The notes below the pieces were generated by a model. The model saw only the letters and a program-made list of their open reading frames with translations. It was not told where the DNA came from and searched no databases. Positions 49,961 to 59,842 of a stretch of DNA of 64,000 nt are shown here, piece by piece. Position 1 is the first letter of the stretch, and every line of letters begins with the position of its first letter. Source of the DNA: an uncultured Gammaproteobacteria bacterium (GTDB lineage: Bacteria; Patescibacteriota; Microgenomatia; Levybacterales; GWA1-39-11); contig CAZYWG010000008.1 in the NCBI GenBank assembly GCA_964651815.1, positions 4,824 through 68,823 of the forward strand, given 5' to 3'. The position numbers were made by a program, and so were the translations under genes.

Positions 49961-50431
49961 TTACGGTCTTTTCAGAAGGTTTTTTTGGAAAAGAGTCTGC
50001 TCAATAAGAAACAACCGCTCTTTTGAAAGTACTGGTAAATCATCATATGCGAAAAACTTGGCATCAACTACTTCATGGCTTTTCTTAAATTCGCCGCCAA
50101 TAAATTTGCCCAAAAAACATATATCAACGCGGGCCGTTTCCCTGTCTGTCCTAATTTTTAATTCTTCATCCGCGCTCACAATATATCCTGACTCTTCTTC
50201 TATTTCCCGTTCTAGCGCTTCTTGTGGATGCTCACGTGCTTTTATATAGCCGCCCGGTAAACCCCATTCGGTTTGCCTATAAGTATGTTTAAGAAGGAGA
50301 ATTTCATTTTTGTCGTTTAAAATAATTCCTGTTACGCCTATCAGAAATTGGTCTTGAAATATTCGCATGACAAAAAGTTGGAGGGATTTTGGAATATTGA
50401 ACAAACGCCAGATTTTAGCCAGACGTTCCAT
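49961..50431 (-). CDS. NUDIX hydrolase
   Basis: Nudix box GGYIKAREHPQEALEREIEEESG. Confidence 0.8.
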   Translation of the reverse strand: MERLAKIWRLFNIPKSLQLFVMRIFQDQFLIGVTGIILNDKNEILLLKHTYRQTEWGLPGGYIKAREHPQEALEREIEEESGYIVSADEELKIRTDRETARVDICFLGKFIGGEFKKSHEVVDAKFFAYDDLPVLSKERLFLIEQTLFQKNLLKRP

Positions 50432-50433
50432 TT

Positions 50434-50775
50434 TTACAATGATTTATCGTCACGAGGATGGCCGGATTCTCCCCTTAGTCTTTCATTTTCAAGCTCCAGC
50501 TGATGGACTCTCTTAGTAAGTGCTGAAATTTCTTTGTTAGCGCCTTTTATGGTGTTTTCTTTCTTGTGAATTTTGAAAGCCGTAGCAATAACATCAAAAA
50601 AACTTATAATCCAGCTCACTACAAACCCCAAAAGTAAAGATCCAAGAACTATTATATATAAAGGTATGCCGGGAACGGAAGTATTTGCAAAAGTGACGTT
50701 AATTGCTTGTGTATTTTGCGTTGCAAAAAAAGCCATTCCGATTCCAAAGATTATTAATATAATTAAAGCGAACAT
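50434..50775 (-). CDS. LapA-like (DUF1049) membrane protein
   Basis: 113 aa with two TM helices then a coiled-coil tail (LTKRVHQLELENERLR). Confidence 0.45.
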   Translation of the reverse strand: MFALIILIIFGIGMAFFATQNTQAINVTFANTSVPGIPLYIIVLGSLLLGFVVSWIISFFDVIATAFKIHKKENTIKGANKEISALTKRVHQLELENERLRGESGHPRDDKSL

Positions 50776-50855
50776 ATTCTTAGCATAGTCTTATATAAAC
50801 AACTTTGCAATAATGTAAATAAGTGAGCGGAAAATTACTCTGTTGCGAACAAAGA

Positions 50856-51104
50856 TTATACTTTCAAAAACACAAGAAGCTTAAAGATTAAGAATGCCGG
50901 CCAAAGACAAGATTTAAGAATTCCAACTACTACATCCACAAAAGAATGCGCGTTACCTAGAAAATAAAAAAGCGCGCCCACAAATCCCAAACCATAAACT
51001 GCTCCGCCGCCGCCATGCTTGACATATTTCATTTTTTTGTTCTCGTCGCTTTTTACCATATTTATGGTATACCACACTTTACGAGTCACATTCAAGATAT
51101 GCAA
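50856..51104 (-). CDS. small membrane protein
   Basis: 82 aa hydrophobic ORF. Confidence 0.3.
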   Translation of the reverse strand: MHILNVTRKVWYTINMVKSDENKKMKYVKHGGGGAVYGLGFVGALFYFLGNAHSFVDVVVGILKSCLWPAFLIFKLLVFLKV

Positions 51105-51219
51105 AATTCAGAAGTGATATTCTAAAAGCCGCATGAAGTCACCATTAAATTCATTTCTTACAAGTTATTCATTACTCTTTTACTTGACAACCACCTTTTA
51201 ACTAATATAATCTTAAAAT

Positions 51220-51429
51220 ATGCCAGAAATTATAGAAAAAAACCCAAAAATACTGCATGGGATGCCGGTAGTTAAAGGCACAAGGATTCCTATAGCAAGA
51301 ATCGTAGCTCTACATGTCCAAGGGTATAAACTTAAAGACTTCAAAGAAGATTATCCTGACTTAGATTTGACAAAAAAGGATCTGAAAGATATTTTTTATT
51401 ACTACTACAAAAACATTGCGACGCAATAG
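51220..51429 (+). CDS. DUF433 antitoxin-like protein
   Basis: 69 aa. ILHGMPVVKGTRIPIARIVAL matches the DUF433 core. Confidence 0.6.
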   Translation: MPEIIEKNPKILHGMPVVKGTRIPIARIVALHVQGYKLKDFKEDYPDLDLTKKDLKDIFYYYYKNIATQ

Positions 51430-51787
51430 ATCCTCCACCAAACGTAAAAAGTTCAGATTGCTCCTCGATTCGGCCTTTCCAAAACCATCTCAATTTTCAA
51501 AATTGATTTCCAAGGTACATCTTGAACACGTTGTATATTCGTTAAATATGCCAAGGACCTCGGAAGACGAATTTATTTATCAAAAGGCGACTCAAGAAAA
51601 TTGTTTAGTTGTGACTATTGATGAAGACTTTAAGAAGTTGAGGAAACAGAAACAGGCAGGGGTAATTATTGTACCCTCAGACCTTTCAGTCAGACAAATA
51701 GAGGAAGCATTGTTGTGGTTTGTAAAAGATAAAAATCCGAATGATTATATAGGTAAAGTTACAAGAATAGAGAGAAATGAATTCTAG
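51416..51787 (+). CDS. DUF5615 (Mut7-C/PIN-like) toxin-like protein
   Basis: FRLLLDSAFPKP start and VVTIDEDF core resemble DUF5615. Overlaps the DUF433 gene by 14 nt. Confidence 0.5.
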   Translation: MRRNRSSTKRKKFRLLLDSAFPKPSQFSKLISKVHLEHVVYSLNMPRTSEDEFIYQKATQENCLVVTIDEDFKKLRKQKQAGVIIVPSDLSVRQIEEALLWFVKDKNPNDYIGKVTRIERNEF

Positions 51788-52215
51788 GAAAGAAACCGGG
51801 GAAAGAAAATTTACAACTTTTTTGATCGCTTTTTCTTGATTATTGGGACTAAAATTAAGCAATTGAAGAGAGAGAAAGTTCACGATTTCTGAATACATCT
51901 TCTACAAAGTCTAAGCCAAATATTTTCCGGCAAATTTCATTAAGAATTTTGTAAGTCCAGCGAAAAATAAATTCTAAAACCACGCATATTATTTTGGCGG
52001 TTTTATCGTTATAAGTCGGCAATTTTTTACATCAAAAAAGCATAATTTCAAAAAGGGGGAGAAAAATTAAAATTCTTACCGTAGAAATGCGGGGATTTAT
52101 AAGACAGTAACTCTTTTTGAAGCTATTTACCCCTAAACAACCTAAATAATCTTTACTCTTATTTAAGTCTCAAATTGAATTTATCAACTTAAAGGAAATT
52201 TGTCAATGCGGAGTA

Positions 52216-52845
52216 CTAATTATTAAGGGGTTTGATAATTTCCGGAGTCTGATTCTTTGGACTACCTACTAGACTCGATATTTTATAAGCCTCCATATGA
52301 TTTGCCGGGAATGGTTCAAGTAATTCCATTAATTTGTTTGCGTTTGTATCCGGATTTAGCCACAGTTCTTCATCATTTTTTGTCAATATACACGGCATTC
52401 TGTCATGTACGGGTTTCATAAGACTATTTGGTGTAGTTGTAATAATTACAAAACCTTCTCCTGGTCTATAAATTCCTGCAAATGAAAACATTTTTTCTCC
52501 TTTAACTTTAAAACAATAAGGTTGTTTTCCTGACTCTGTTTTTTGCCATTCAAAGAAAAATGAGGCAGGGATTAAACATCTAGTCTCACGAAACATTTTT
52601 CTGAAAGTCGTAAGCTCTGCTACCGTTTCACTCTTTGCATTTATGTGTCTCACCCCTGGTTTCCAGGACTCTATGCCAAACGACAGATATTCACCAAGAT
52701 TGGGGCTATTCCTATGAACTACGAGTCCCTTCATTGTAGGCGCGATGTTATACGTGGTTTGAATCTTTGGTTTGTTGGAAAGTTCGTATCTCTTCCAAAC
52801 CTCAACATCATCTTTTGGGGCTATTGTGCCATATCTTCCACACAT
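52216..52845 (-). CDS. SOS response-associated peptidase (SRAP/YedK/HMCES family)
   Basis: MCGRY N-terminus with catalytic Cys2, 209 aa. Confidence 0.85.
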   Translation of the reverse strand: MCGRYGTIAPKDDVEVWKRYELSNKPKIQTTYNIAPTMKGLVVHRNSPNLGEYLSFGIESWKPGVRHINAKSETVAELTTFRKMFRETRCLIPASFFFEWQKTESGKQPYCFKVKGEKMFSFAGIYRPGEGFVIITTTPNSLMKPVHDRMPCILTKNDEELWLNPDTNANKLMELLEPFPANHMEAYKISSLVGSPKNQTPEIIKPLNN

Positions 52846-52921
52846 GAGAATATTATATCACTTGATACACTTTTTCGTACTTTGTTCGATTGTTTTTCGT
52901 CTTTATTTCAAGTAATCTATA

Positions 52922-53185
52922 ATGATGAACTTGAGGTTGAGCGAACCCATCGATGTTATCGCTGTATTCACCCGCGACCATGAAAGGTTAAAACCAATTC
53001 GCCTCAAATGGAAAGAGAAAGCTTACTCAATAAGACAGATTGATTTTGTATTTAGAGAAAAGAGAGGAAGAATACTCTTTCATGTCTTTTGTTGTCTCAC
53101 AGATACACTTTACTTCAAGGTTTGTTTCGATACGGAAAGCTTAATCTGGTGTGTTGAAGAAATTTCAGACGGGGAACCAGACTGA
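52922..53185 (+). CDS. small ORF translationally coupled to the Y-family polymerase
   Basis: 87 aa. Its TGA overlaps the polymerase ATG (TGATG at 53183-53187). Confidence 0.35.
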   Translation: MMNLRLSEPIDVIAVFTRDHERLKPIRLKWKEKAYSIRQIDFVFREKRGRILFHVFCCLTDTLYFKVCFDTESLIWCVEEISDGEPD

Positions 53186-54426
53186 TGGAATTAGATTTAA
53201 ATAAAGCCGAACCAAGAGTCATGTTCGTTGATTTAAATTCCTGCTTTGCAAGGTGCGAACAACAGGCTAACAGGTTATTACGAAACAAACCTCTAGTTGT
53301 TGCCGCATACGCTTCTGATTATGGATGTGTAATATCTCCCTCAGTTGAGGCAAAAAAGCTAGGAATAAAAGTAGGACACAGAGTCTCAGACGCAAAACAG
53401 ATATGTAAAGATGTTATTGTCAGGAGTCCAACCCCGAATTTATATAGAGATGTACATCAAAGATTCTGCAAGATTTTTAAAAGTTATACACCATATGTTA
53501 TGCCTCAAAGTATTGATGAAGCAGTATTACGGTTTGATAAAATGCCGCAAAAAGATTTAATAAGAGTTGCTAAAGAAATAAAGACCAGAATGAGGAGTGA
53601 AATTGGCGAATGGATTTCAAACTCTATTGGGATCTCAACAAATAAATTCTTAGCAAAAACAGCTGCAAGTTTAGTAAAACCTGATGGATTGGTATGGATT
53701 GATTATAAAAATGTAAGGGAGGTATATTCAAAGCTTGAATTGATAGACCTATGTGGAATAAATGTAAGGAATGAATTTAGACTCAACATGGCGGATATTC
53801 ACACTCCTCTTGAGTTTCTAGACTCTTCAATGCTGAAGCTTAAAAAACAGGTTTTCGAAAGTATATTGGGACACTATTGGTATTTAAAATTACGGGGATA
53901 CGAATGTGAAGATGTGGAATTTGGGAGAAAATCTTTTGGGCAGTCATATGCTCTACCAAGATTTACCGATAATCTTGCGGAGCTTTCAAAAATCTTGATG
54001 AAATTATGCGAGAAGGCTGGAAGAAGACTCCGAAGAAACGGATATTATGCAGCAGGAGTTGATGTGGGATGTGGATATACGGACGGATTTTGGCACAAGA
54101 GCAGAAAAACCCCTCAAAGGCTTTTTAGTGGAAGTGATTTGTATAAAAGCGCGTTAAGTATCTTAAAACTGCAGCCGGAAAAGAAAAAAGCGACCCATGT
54201 CTTTGTGAGTTTTTTTAATTTACAGAAAATGGATTGTCTACAGCTAGATATATTTAACGAACAACTTAAGAATTGGGATATAAGCAGGGCAAGTGACGCC
54301 GTGAATGACAGGTTTGGCGAATACACAATTACTCCTGCGACTATGCTCGGGATGAATGAGCAGGTGATTGACCGTGTGCCTTTTGGCGGGGTTAAAGACA
54401 TTATGCAGGTCTATTTTGATAACTGA
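53185..54426 (+). CDS. Y-family (translesion) DNA polymerase
   Basis: VMFVDLNSCFARCEQ (palm motif with catalytic Asp), SNSIGISTNKFLAK (HhH/K motif), 413 aa. Confidence 0.8.
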   Translation: MELDLNKAEPRVMFVDLNSCFARCEQQANRLLRNKPLVVAAYASDYGCVISPSVEAKKLGIKVGHRVSDAKQICKDVIVRSPTPNLYRDVHQRFCKIFKSYTPYVMPQSIDEAVLRFDKMPQKDLIRVAKEIKTRMRSEIGEWISNSIGISTNKFLAKTAASLVKPDGLVWIDYKNVREVYSKLELIDLCGINVRNEFRLNMADIHTPLEFLDSSMLKLKKQVFESILGHYWYLKLRGYECEDVEFGRKSFGQSYALPRFTDNLAELSKILMKLCEKAGRRLRRNGYYAAGVDVGCGYTDGFWHKSRKTPQRLFSGSDLYKSALSILKLQPEKKKATHVFVSFFNLQKMDCLQLDIFNEQLKNWDISRASDAVNDRFGEYTITPATMLGMNEQVIDRVPFGGVKDIMQVYFDN

Positions 54427-54663
54427 CTTGTCTCCAAAACACCCGTTTATCCTGAAGATTCGAATACCCTTGGGGTCACCAAAGGGAACACCCGATGTTT
54501 CAACACTCAAAAGAGGTTGATATAACGGGCTAATCCCGCGGTTCGAAAAACCTGGATACTCCCAAGTGAACACGGAGGGCGATATCGAACCAAGAAGTAC
54601 TCTTTTCTGATTTAGGCTTCGAAACCAAAATCTCCAATTGTGGCTTTATGGTAAAATTTTAAT

Positions 54664-56856
54664 ATGACAAACGAACAAACAAATAATGGACCTGGAGATA
54701 TAAGAACCGCGATTAAAACAAGAAGGTTCATGAAAGAACTTTCGCATGCAGAGAACATAACGTTACTGGGTTCAAAAGGACATAGGCTGGAAGATATTCT
54801 TACGGCTTCAGACAGGGCTTTATCAGAGCTTCAGGAAAAAAATTCAGAATGGATAGATCAAAAGCGCCAACTTCTTGCAGGTTACCTGTCTCCTCTGAAA
54901 GCAGGCGCAGTTGATGAGGCATATCATGGCGGTCTTGTTCTTACTGTTACGCAAGAGTTTCGTACATTTGGAAAAGTTAGCAAGGGGGAGATTGATAAAA
55001 TGGATGATCCAAATTATTTAAAACAAGTAATTGAAGGTTACACTGTTGATTTTTTCCGGAGCCTAAGAATAGCGGAACGCCTAAAAATTAACCCAAGTTC
55101 TGCATTGGAAATTGCAGAATTATCCTACCATCATAATCCCACAAAATTACTAGATCTTTTAAAAAAATACCCCGATATTAATATAGGCGCCATTTTACTT
55201 GCCGCAAAAAAATCCCCATTGAGGTCGGAAGCATTCTTGGACAATTATGCTATGACTGTCGTTAGATTATCCGAGGACCCAAGATACTCCGCATTAAATC
55301 CCGGTGTAATTAATTCTGCAGCCCTTGGCTACACAAAAAACCCTGAGGGATTCCTGGATGTCTACATGAAGACTGTTGCTAGGTTATCAGAGGACCCAAG
55401 ATATTCGGCATTAAATCCCGGTGTTATTAATGTTGTAGCTCTTGGTCATCCAAAAAACCCTGAGGGATTCCTGGATGACTACATGAAGACTGTTGCTATG
55501 TTATCAGAGGACCCAAGATACTTGGCATTAAATTCTAGCGTTATTGAAACAGCCGCTCTCAAGAACTCGAAAAACCCTGAGGGATTCCTGGATGACTATA
55601 TGAAAACTGTCGTTAGATTAACTGAGAATCCAAGATACTCCGCATTAAATTCTAGCGTTATTAATTCTGCTGCCTTTAGTCATCCTAAAAATCCTGAATC
55701 GTTCCTCGATAGTTATATTTCTGCTGTCGATCGGTTATCGAAAGACTCAAGATATTCAGAATTAAATTCCGGCTTGATAAATCACGCTGCCCTTGGTTAT
55801 TCAACGGACCCCGAGGCTTATCTGGATAGCTGTATTAATACTGGTGCCCGATTATCAGAAGATCCAAGGTACTCGGCGCTAAGCCAAAGCGTTATCAATT
55901 ATGCTGCTTTCTATAACCCCACCGATCCAGAGGCATTTCTCGATAAATACATTAATAAGGTCACAAGATTAACCCAGGATCCAAGGTACTCGGCGCTAAG
56001 CTTAACTATCATCAATTCTGCCATCTTTACTAACTCAAAAAACCCAGAGGCCTTTTTAGACGGTTATATTGAGACCGCCGCCCGTTTATCAAAGGATCCA
56101 AGGTACTCGACATTAACTCCGACTGTGATAAACAAAGCTGCTCTGAGTTACCCGAGCAACCCTGAGGCCTTTATCGATAGTTACTTGGCCACGACCGCCA
56201 GATTGTCGGAGAATCCAAAATATTTAGAGATAAACAGGAGCGTAATCGATAAAGCCGCACTTTATTATCCGTCCAATCCTGAGGCATTTATTGATGGTTA
56301 CATTAAGAGTGTTAATCGCTTATCCGAGGATTCGAGGTATTCATGGTTAAATATTGGAGTTATTCAAAAAGCAGCTCGTCAGAATACGACTAACCCAGAG
56401 GCAATTCTAGACAGTTACATTATGACCGTAGCACGTCTTTCAGAGGATCCAAGGTATTTAGCCATTAACCAGAGTATTATTGATAGAGCGGCACTTTATC
56501 ATGCGAGCAACCCGGAGGCAGTCCTTGATTTGTTTATTAAGAACGTGGCTCGGTTATCACAGGATCCAAAATATTCAGAGTTAAACGATACTACAATTAA
56601 CAGAGCAGCCTCTCATTATCCAGCTAATCCTGAGTCATTTCTGGACGTCTTTATTACAACTCTTTCTCGGTTAACAGAAAAATATTCTAACATTTCAAAA
56701 CACACAATAAATGCTGCAGCTTTATACTTCCCAACTAATCCTGATGCGTTTGTAGAAAAATATATATCTGGAATGGTTAGTGAAACCGAATTAGAGGACG
56801 AAGAAACATTAACTGCGGATAATATTTTAGAGGATAACGGAATCCTTCCCGATTAA
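54664..56856 (+). CDS. tandem-repeat protein: about 14 copies of a 40-aa unit
   Basis: Repeats of (T/K)V(A/V)RLSEDPRYSALN..VIN.AAL.Y..NPE(A/G)FLD.Y from aa about 200 to 690. About 190-aa non-repeat N-domain. Confidence 0.6.
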   Translation: MTNEQTNNGPGDIRTAIKTRRFMKELSHAENITLLGSKGHRLEDILTASDRALSELQEKNSEWIDQKRQLLAGYLSPLKAGAVDEAYHGGLVLTVTQEFRTFGKVSKGEIDKMDDPNYLKQVIEGYTVDFFRSLRIAERLKINPSSALEIAELSYHHNPTKLLDLLKKYPDINIGAILLAAKKSPLRSEAFLDNYAMTVVRLSEDPRYSALNPGVINSAALGYTKNPEGFLDVYMKTVARLSEDPRYSALNPGVINVVALGHPKNPEGFLDDYMKTVAMLSEDPRYLALNSSVIETAALKNSKNPEGFLDDYMKTVVRLTENPRYSALNSSVINSAAFSHPKNPESFLDSYISAVDRLSKDSRYSELNSGLINHAALGYSTDPEAYLDSCINTGARLSEDPRYSALSQSVINYAAFYNPTDPEAFLDKYINKVTRLTQDPRYSALSLTIINSAIFTNSKNPEAFLDGYIETAARLSKDPRYSTLTPTVINKAALSYPSNPEAFIDSYLATTARLSENPKYLEINRSVIDKAALYYPSNPEAFIDGYIKSVNRLSEDSRYSWLNIGVIQKAARQNTTNPEAILDSYIMTVARLSEDPRYLAINQSIIDRAALYHASNPEAVLDLFIKNVARLSQDPKYSELNDTTINRAASHYPANPESFLDVFITTLSRLTEKYSNISKHTINAAALYFPTNPDAFVEKYISGMVSETELEDEETLTADNILEDNGILPD
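55260..56740 (+). repeat. 120-nt tandem repeat array inside CDS
   Basis: Recurring near-identical strings, e.g. gatccaaggtactcggcgctaag / aaccctgagggattcctggatg, at 120-nt period. Confidence 0.7.
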
Positions 56857-57215
56857 ATAAACCTGCCCCATCTTAGAAAATTAAACATTTCCTCTGCTAG
56901 TTCCGTGCCTTCAATTCTTCTCATTATTTCCCGGCTGTTGTTTTGGGATAATATATTGAGGCTACCTTCCCAAAGAACATGTCTGACAATAAAGATGCAG
57001 TATTAATATATTCCTGGATTTGATCGTCTGATAGTTTACCTTTTCGATCTATAATTTTTCTTGCTTCTTTGATCGTCATTTTTAATTAAAACATATTGCT
57101 AAAAATGATTATTATGTCGCACAATCTACATAACACGACATAGTTTTGAGGCTAAATCGTTTGTGGAAAATAGGTGTCGTGCGTAAAACTTATACTATAA
57201 GACTACATCTATGTG

Positions 57216-57773
57216 CTATTTTATCTCTTTAGGAAATTTGATAATCTTTAACTTTGCTGATCCAAATCCTATTTTAATTGAGTAACTTCTTCCTGTAATA
57301 TCTTGATATTTTAATGTAAGAGGGATCTCCATATCGGAAAAACGTGGGTCAAGATAAGTTGATAAACTAAATCCAGAACCCATAGGTTGATCATTTTTAA
57401 AGGATTCAGATAATAATTCTCGTTCTTCGCCTTTATCAAGTACGTTCGGATTGGTCATTTTCAAAATATATTTATAATTTTCATCGATATTTCTCCCTGC
57501 GAGATTATCCTTAAAGTGTAAGTTAAATTCCTCAAATTCAATATTTAATGCAGGTGCGCTACCTATATTTTTGACACGAAAGAATGTTTCCAATCGCCCT
57601 CTAGAATCTCTACCCTTCAAATATACAACAGGTAGCGGCATCAAACTTAGCTTAAGCTGCTGGTTTGAAATTTTTTTTAATCCTAAAGTTAGCCAGGCAT
57701 ATACTGCAACTGTGATAAGAGTTAAAACTAAAACAAAATCACTTATTATGCTAGTAGTTTCAAGAATTGTCAT
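57216..57773 (-). CDS. membrane-anchored hypothetical protein
   Basis: 185 aa with N-terminal TM. Confidence 0.4.
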   Translation of the reverse strand: MTILETTSIISDFVLVLTLITVAVYAWLTLGLKKISNQQLKLSLMPLPVVYLKGRDSRGRLETFFRVKNIGSAPALNIEFEEFNLHFKDNLAGRNIDENYKYILKMTNPNVLDKGEERELLSESFKNDQPMGSGFSLSTYLDPRFSDMEIPLTLKYQDITGRSYSIKIGFGSAKLKIIKFPKEIK

Positions 57774-57930
57774 TTTATATAGATATGATTTTAATACTTT
57801 ATACCAATTGGAACAAGTATTTTCAAAGCTACAATGATTTAATTCATAGGGATTAAGTACACCTAATCCCTACAATTAAACCACAAGCTACTCCATTATC
57901 TAATTGCCGTTAAATATTTTCGCTTGAGTT

Positions 57931-58239
57931 TCATAACCATAGTAAAGTGTCAGAAAATGCTTTAAAAGCCCAGACTAAATCAGAATAACTTAGACAAACC
58001 ATTTCGTTAGTAACTTCACCCATTTTATCTCTGCCGTAAAAAAACTTGATGTATAGACCATTAAAACGTCCCAACTTTGCCCTTTTTACAAGGCTAAGAT
58101 TTCCAAAGTTTTTAATTTTAGTCAAGGAAGTGGACAATCTTCGCTTTTGCCCGTTTACTTCGGTCAAAATAATTATTACCTTGGGCTCCTTTTTTAAAAC
58201 TTCTAGTGTATTTAATTTGTTGTATGTTATATATGTCAT
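57931..58239 (-). CDS. hypothetical protein
   Basis: 102 aa ORF. Confidence 0.3.
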   Translation of the reverse strand: MTYITYNKLNTLEVLKKEPKVIIILTEVNGQKRRLSTSLTKIKNFGNLSLVKRAKLGRFNGLYIKFFYGRDKMGEVTNEMVCLSYSDLVWAFKAFSDTLLWL

Positions 58240-58337
58240 AACTTTTTTATTCCCGATCTTATTAACTTTTCTTAACTATGTTATATAGATAACAATACAT
58301 ATATGTTTTTACTTACATATAAGTAGAGCTATTCTTT

Positions 58338-58604
58338 TTACATACTTTCTTCGATTTGTTTTTTGTTATAGGCATTTAAGACTTCTTGTTGAATGTATAT
58401 CCAATCATTAAGGTTGTCAGTTTTAAACAACGGTCTCCAATAAGTTCCCGCTTTATAGCTAGGAGGCGTTATATATTCCTTTTTGCTTACAGAATCTCGT
58501 AATACTTTGAAACCTTTTAAAATGAACCCTTCAAAATGAATATCCGCCCGTGCTAAAACTTTTTCCGATTTTGACTCTAAAAAATTCACTTCCAAAATTT
58601 TCAT
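58338..58604 (-). CDS. SpoVG-like protein
   Basis: MKILEVNF...ARADIHFEGFILKGFKVL...ITPPSYK...IQQEVLNAY parallels the SpoVG pattern (MEVTDVRL..AIASITLDHEFVVHDIRVI...AMPSKR...IQDAVLNEY). Confidence 0.4.
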   Translation of the reverse strand: MKILEVNFLESKSEKVLARADIHFEGFILKGFKVLRDSVSKKEYITPPSYKAGTYWRPLFKTDNLNDWIYIQQEVLNAYNKKQIEESM

Positions 58605-58605
58605 T

Positions 58606-58875
58606 TTAATACTTGGCTTGATAAAGATTGTCTTTGAGTATTTTTATTGCTGTTACGAATTTACGAGGGTCTATTAAAACTTCTGGTGAATCTTCTTTTG
58701 CAAAATTATATGTTTGTATCAACAATTCTCTTTCTGGTGTATCTCTAAAAACAAAATATGATCTTTTAGGATTTGTGGGATCAGTTTCAATATTTACTAA
58801 TTCGAGTTTTTTAGAGAATAAAAAACATGCGGCATAAAATGAAGTTAATCGAAAATAACGGTCAGCTTTATTCAT
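58606..58875 (-). CDS. DUF5659-like small protein
   Basis: FRLTSFYAACFLFSKKLELVNIETDP..RSYFVFRDTPE..ELLIQTYN...DPRKFVTAIKILK resembles the DUF5659 family common in phage/mobile contexts (remembered). Confidence 0.5.
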   Translation of the reverse strand: MNKADRYFRLTSFYAACFLFSKKLELVNIETDPTNPKRSYFVFRDTPERELLIQTYNFAKEDSPEVLIDPRKFVTAIKILKDNLYQAKY

Positions 58876-58951
58876 ATTTTTATTCTTAATTCATTCTAAA
58901 CTGATTCTTTCGTATTTAAAGATAGAGAAATGTATACGAACAAGTGATACA

Positions 58952-59842
58952 ATGAGGAAAATTAATATTAAGATGAGTATCTTCTACCCGCTAGAAAAAA
59001 CTATTGGAGGTTTTTGTAATCCTTGTTCGCTTAGAATAATTCCAAAATTAGATATAACTATATCAGATCTTAAACCTATGGAAGTAGTTATTAGTAAGGA
59101 CTACCAAATGCGTGAGACTCTAGTTGGAAAACCCTTGAGTACGGGTAAAACGAGGTATGAAGGAAAATTGTATCTACAAATTCTTAAATTGAAAATTTCT
59201 AAAGATTTTTCAAAGGACATATCGAGTAAAGAAAAGGGGGAAATTATCGATTTTGTTAGCAATTATGGTAGACCGTATGGAATTGAAGAAGCATCAGCAC
59301 ATATGAGATCTGATCCCAATATATCTTACTTTGGGAATGGTGACAAAATAAATTGGGTATTTATGAATTTCATTAGTGCACCACAAGATCATCATCGAGT
59401 TAGCTATTTCTACGAATTTAGAGCCATGTATGTGGATTTTCTTGATATATACGAAATTATAAAATCTGGCAATTTACATCGAATAGATCAATATAAAGAT
59501 TCAACAAATTTTGAAAAGTATAGGGGAGTATTCAATAATGCTCTTTCGGAAAGTCAACTATATTTACAATCCATGGATGAAGTTTATAAGACTACGTGGA
59601 TTAGTAAGTCCTGCATAAGTCAATGCTATTTAGAATTATACGATTTAATTATGACAAACCAAAAGATTAAAGTATGCAAATATTGTGGGAGTGATTTTGA
59701 AAGTTCTAAAAGTAATGAAGTAAGATGTAATAATTGCAGACAGAAATTTATTTATAGAAAGATGTATTACCAAAAGAATATACAGACAGAAAGGGAGAAG
59801 GCTAAATCAAGAATGGCAAAAAAGAGATTATTGTCCTCATAA
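58952..59842 (+). CDS. hypothetical protein with C-terminal CxxC..CxxC zinc ribbon
   Basis: 296 aa. CKYCGSDFESSKSNEVRCNNCRQKF near the C-terminus. Confidence 0.4.
   Translation: MRKINIKMSIFYPLEKTIGGFCNPCSLRIIPKLDITISDLKPMEVVISKDYQMRETLVGKPLSTGKTRYEGKLYLQILKLKISKDFSKDISSKEKGEIIDFVSNYGRPYGIEEASAHMRSDPNISYFGNGDKINWVFMNFISAPQDHHRVSYFYEFRAMYVDFLDIYEIIKSGNLHRIDQYKDSTNFEKYRGVFNNALSESQLYLQSMDEVYKTTWISKSCISQCYLELYDLIMTNQKIKVCKYCGSDFESSKSNEVRCNNCRQKFIYRKMYYQKNIQTEREKAKSRMAKKRLLSS

Noticed and set aside
52846-52930. Cheo/LexA-box-like CGAACAAAGTACG between the SRAP and polymerase genes
   Set aside because: Spacer is 3 not 4 nt, and the second half-site is imperfect. Cannot be called a LexA box without the organism's own consensus.
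54530-54600. tRNA-like T-loop motif GGTTCGAA / TTCGATATCG
   Set aside because: Could not build a 5-bp T-stem, anticodon arm or acceptor stem on either strand. Most likely just GC-rich spacer.
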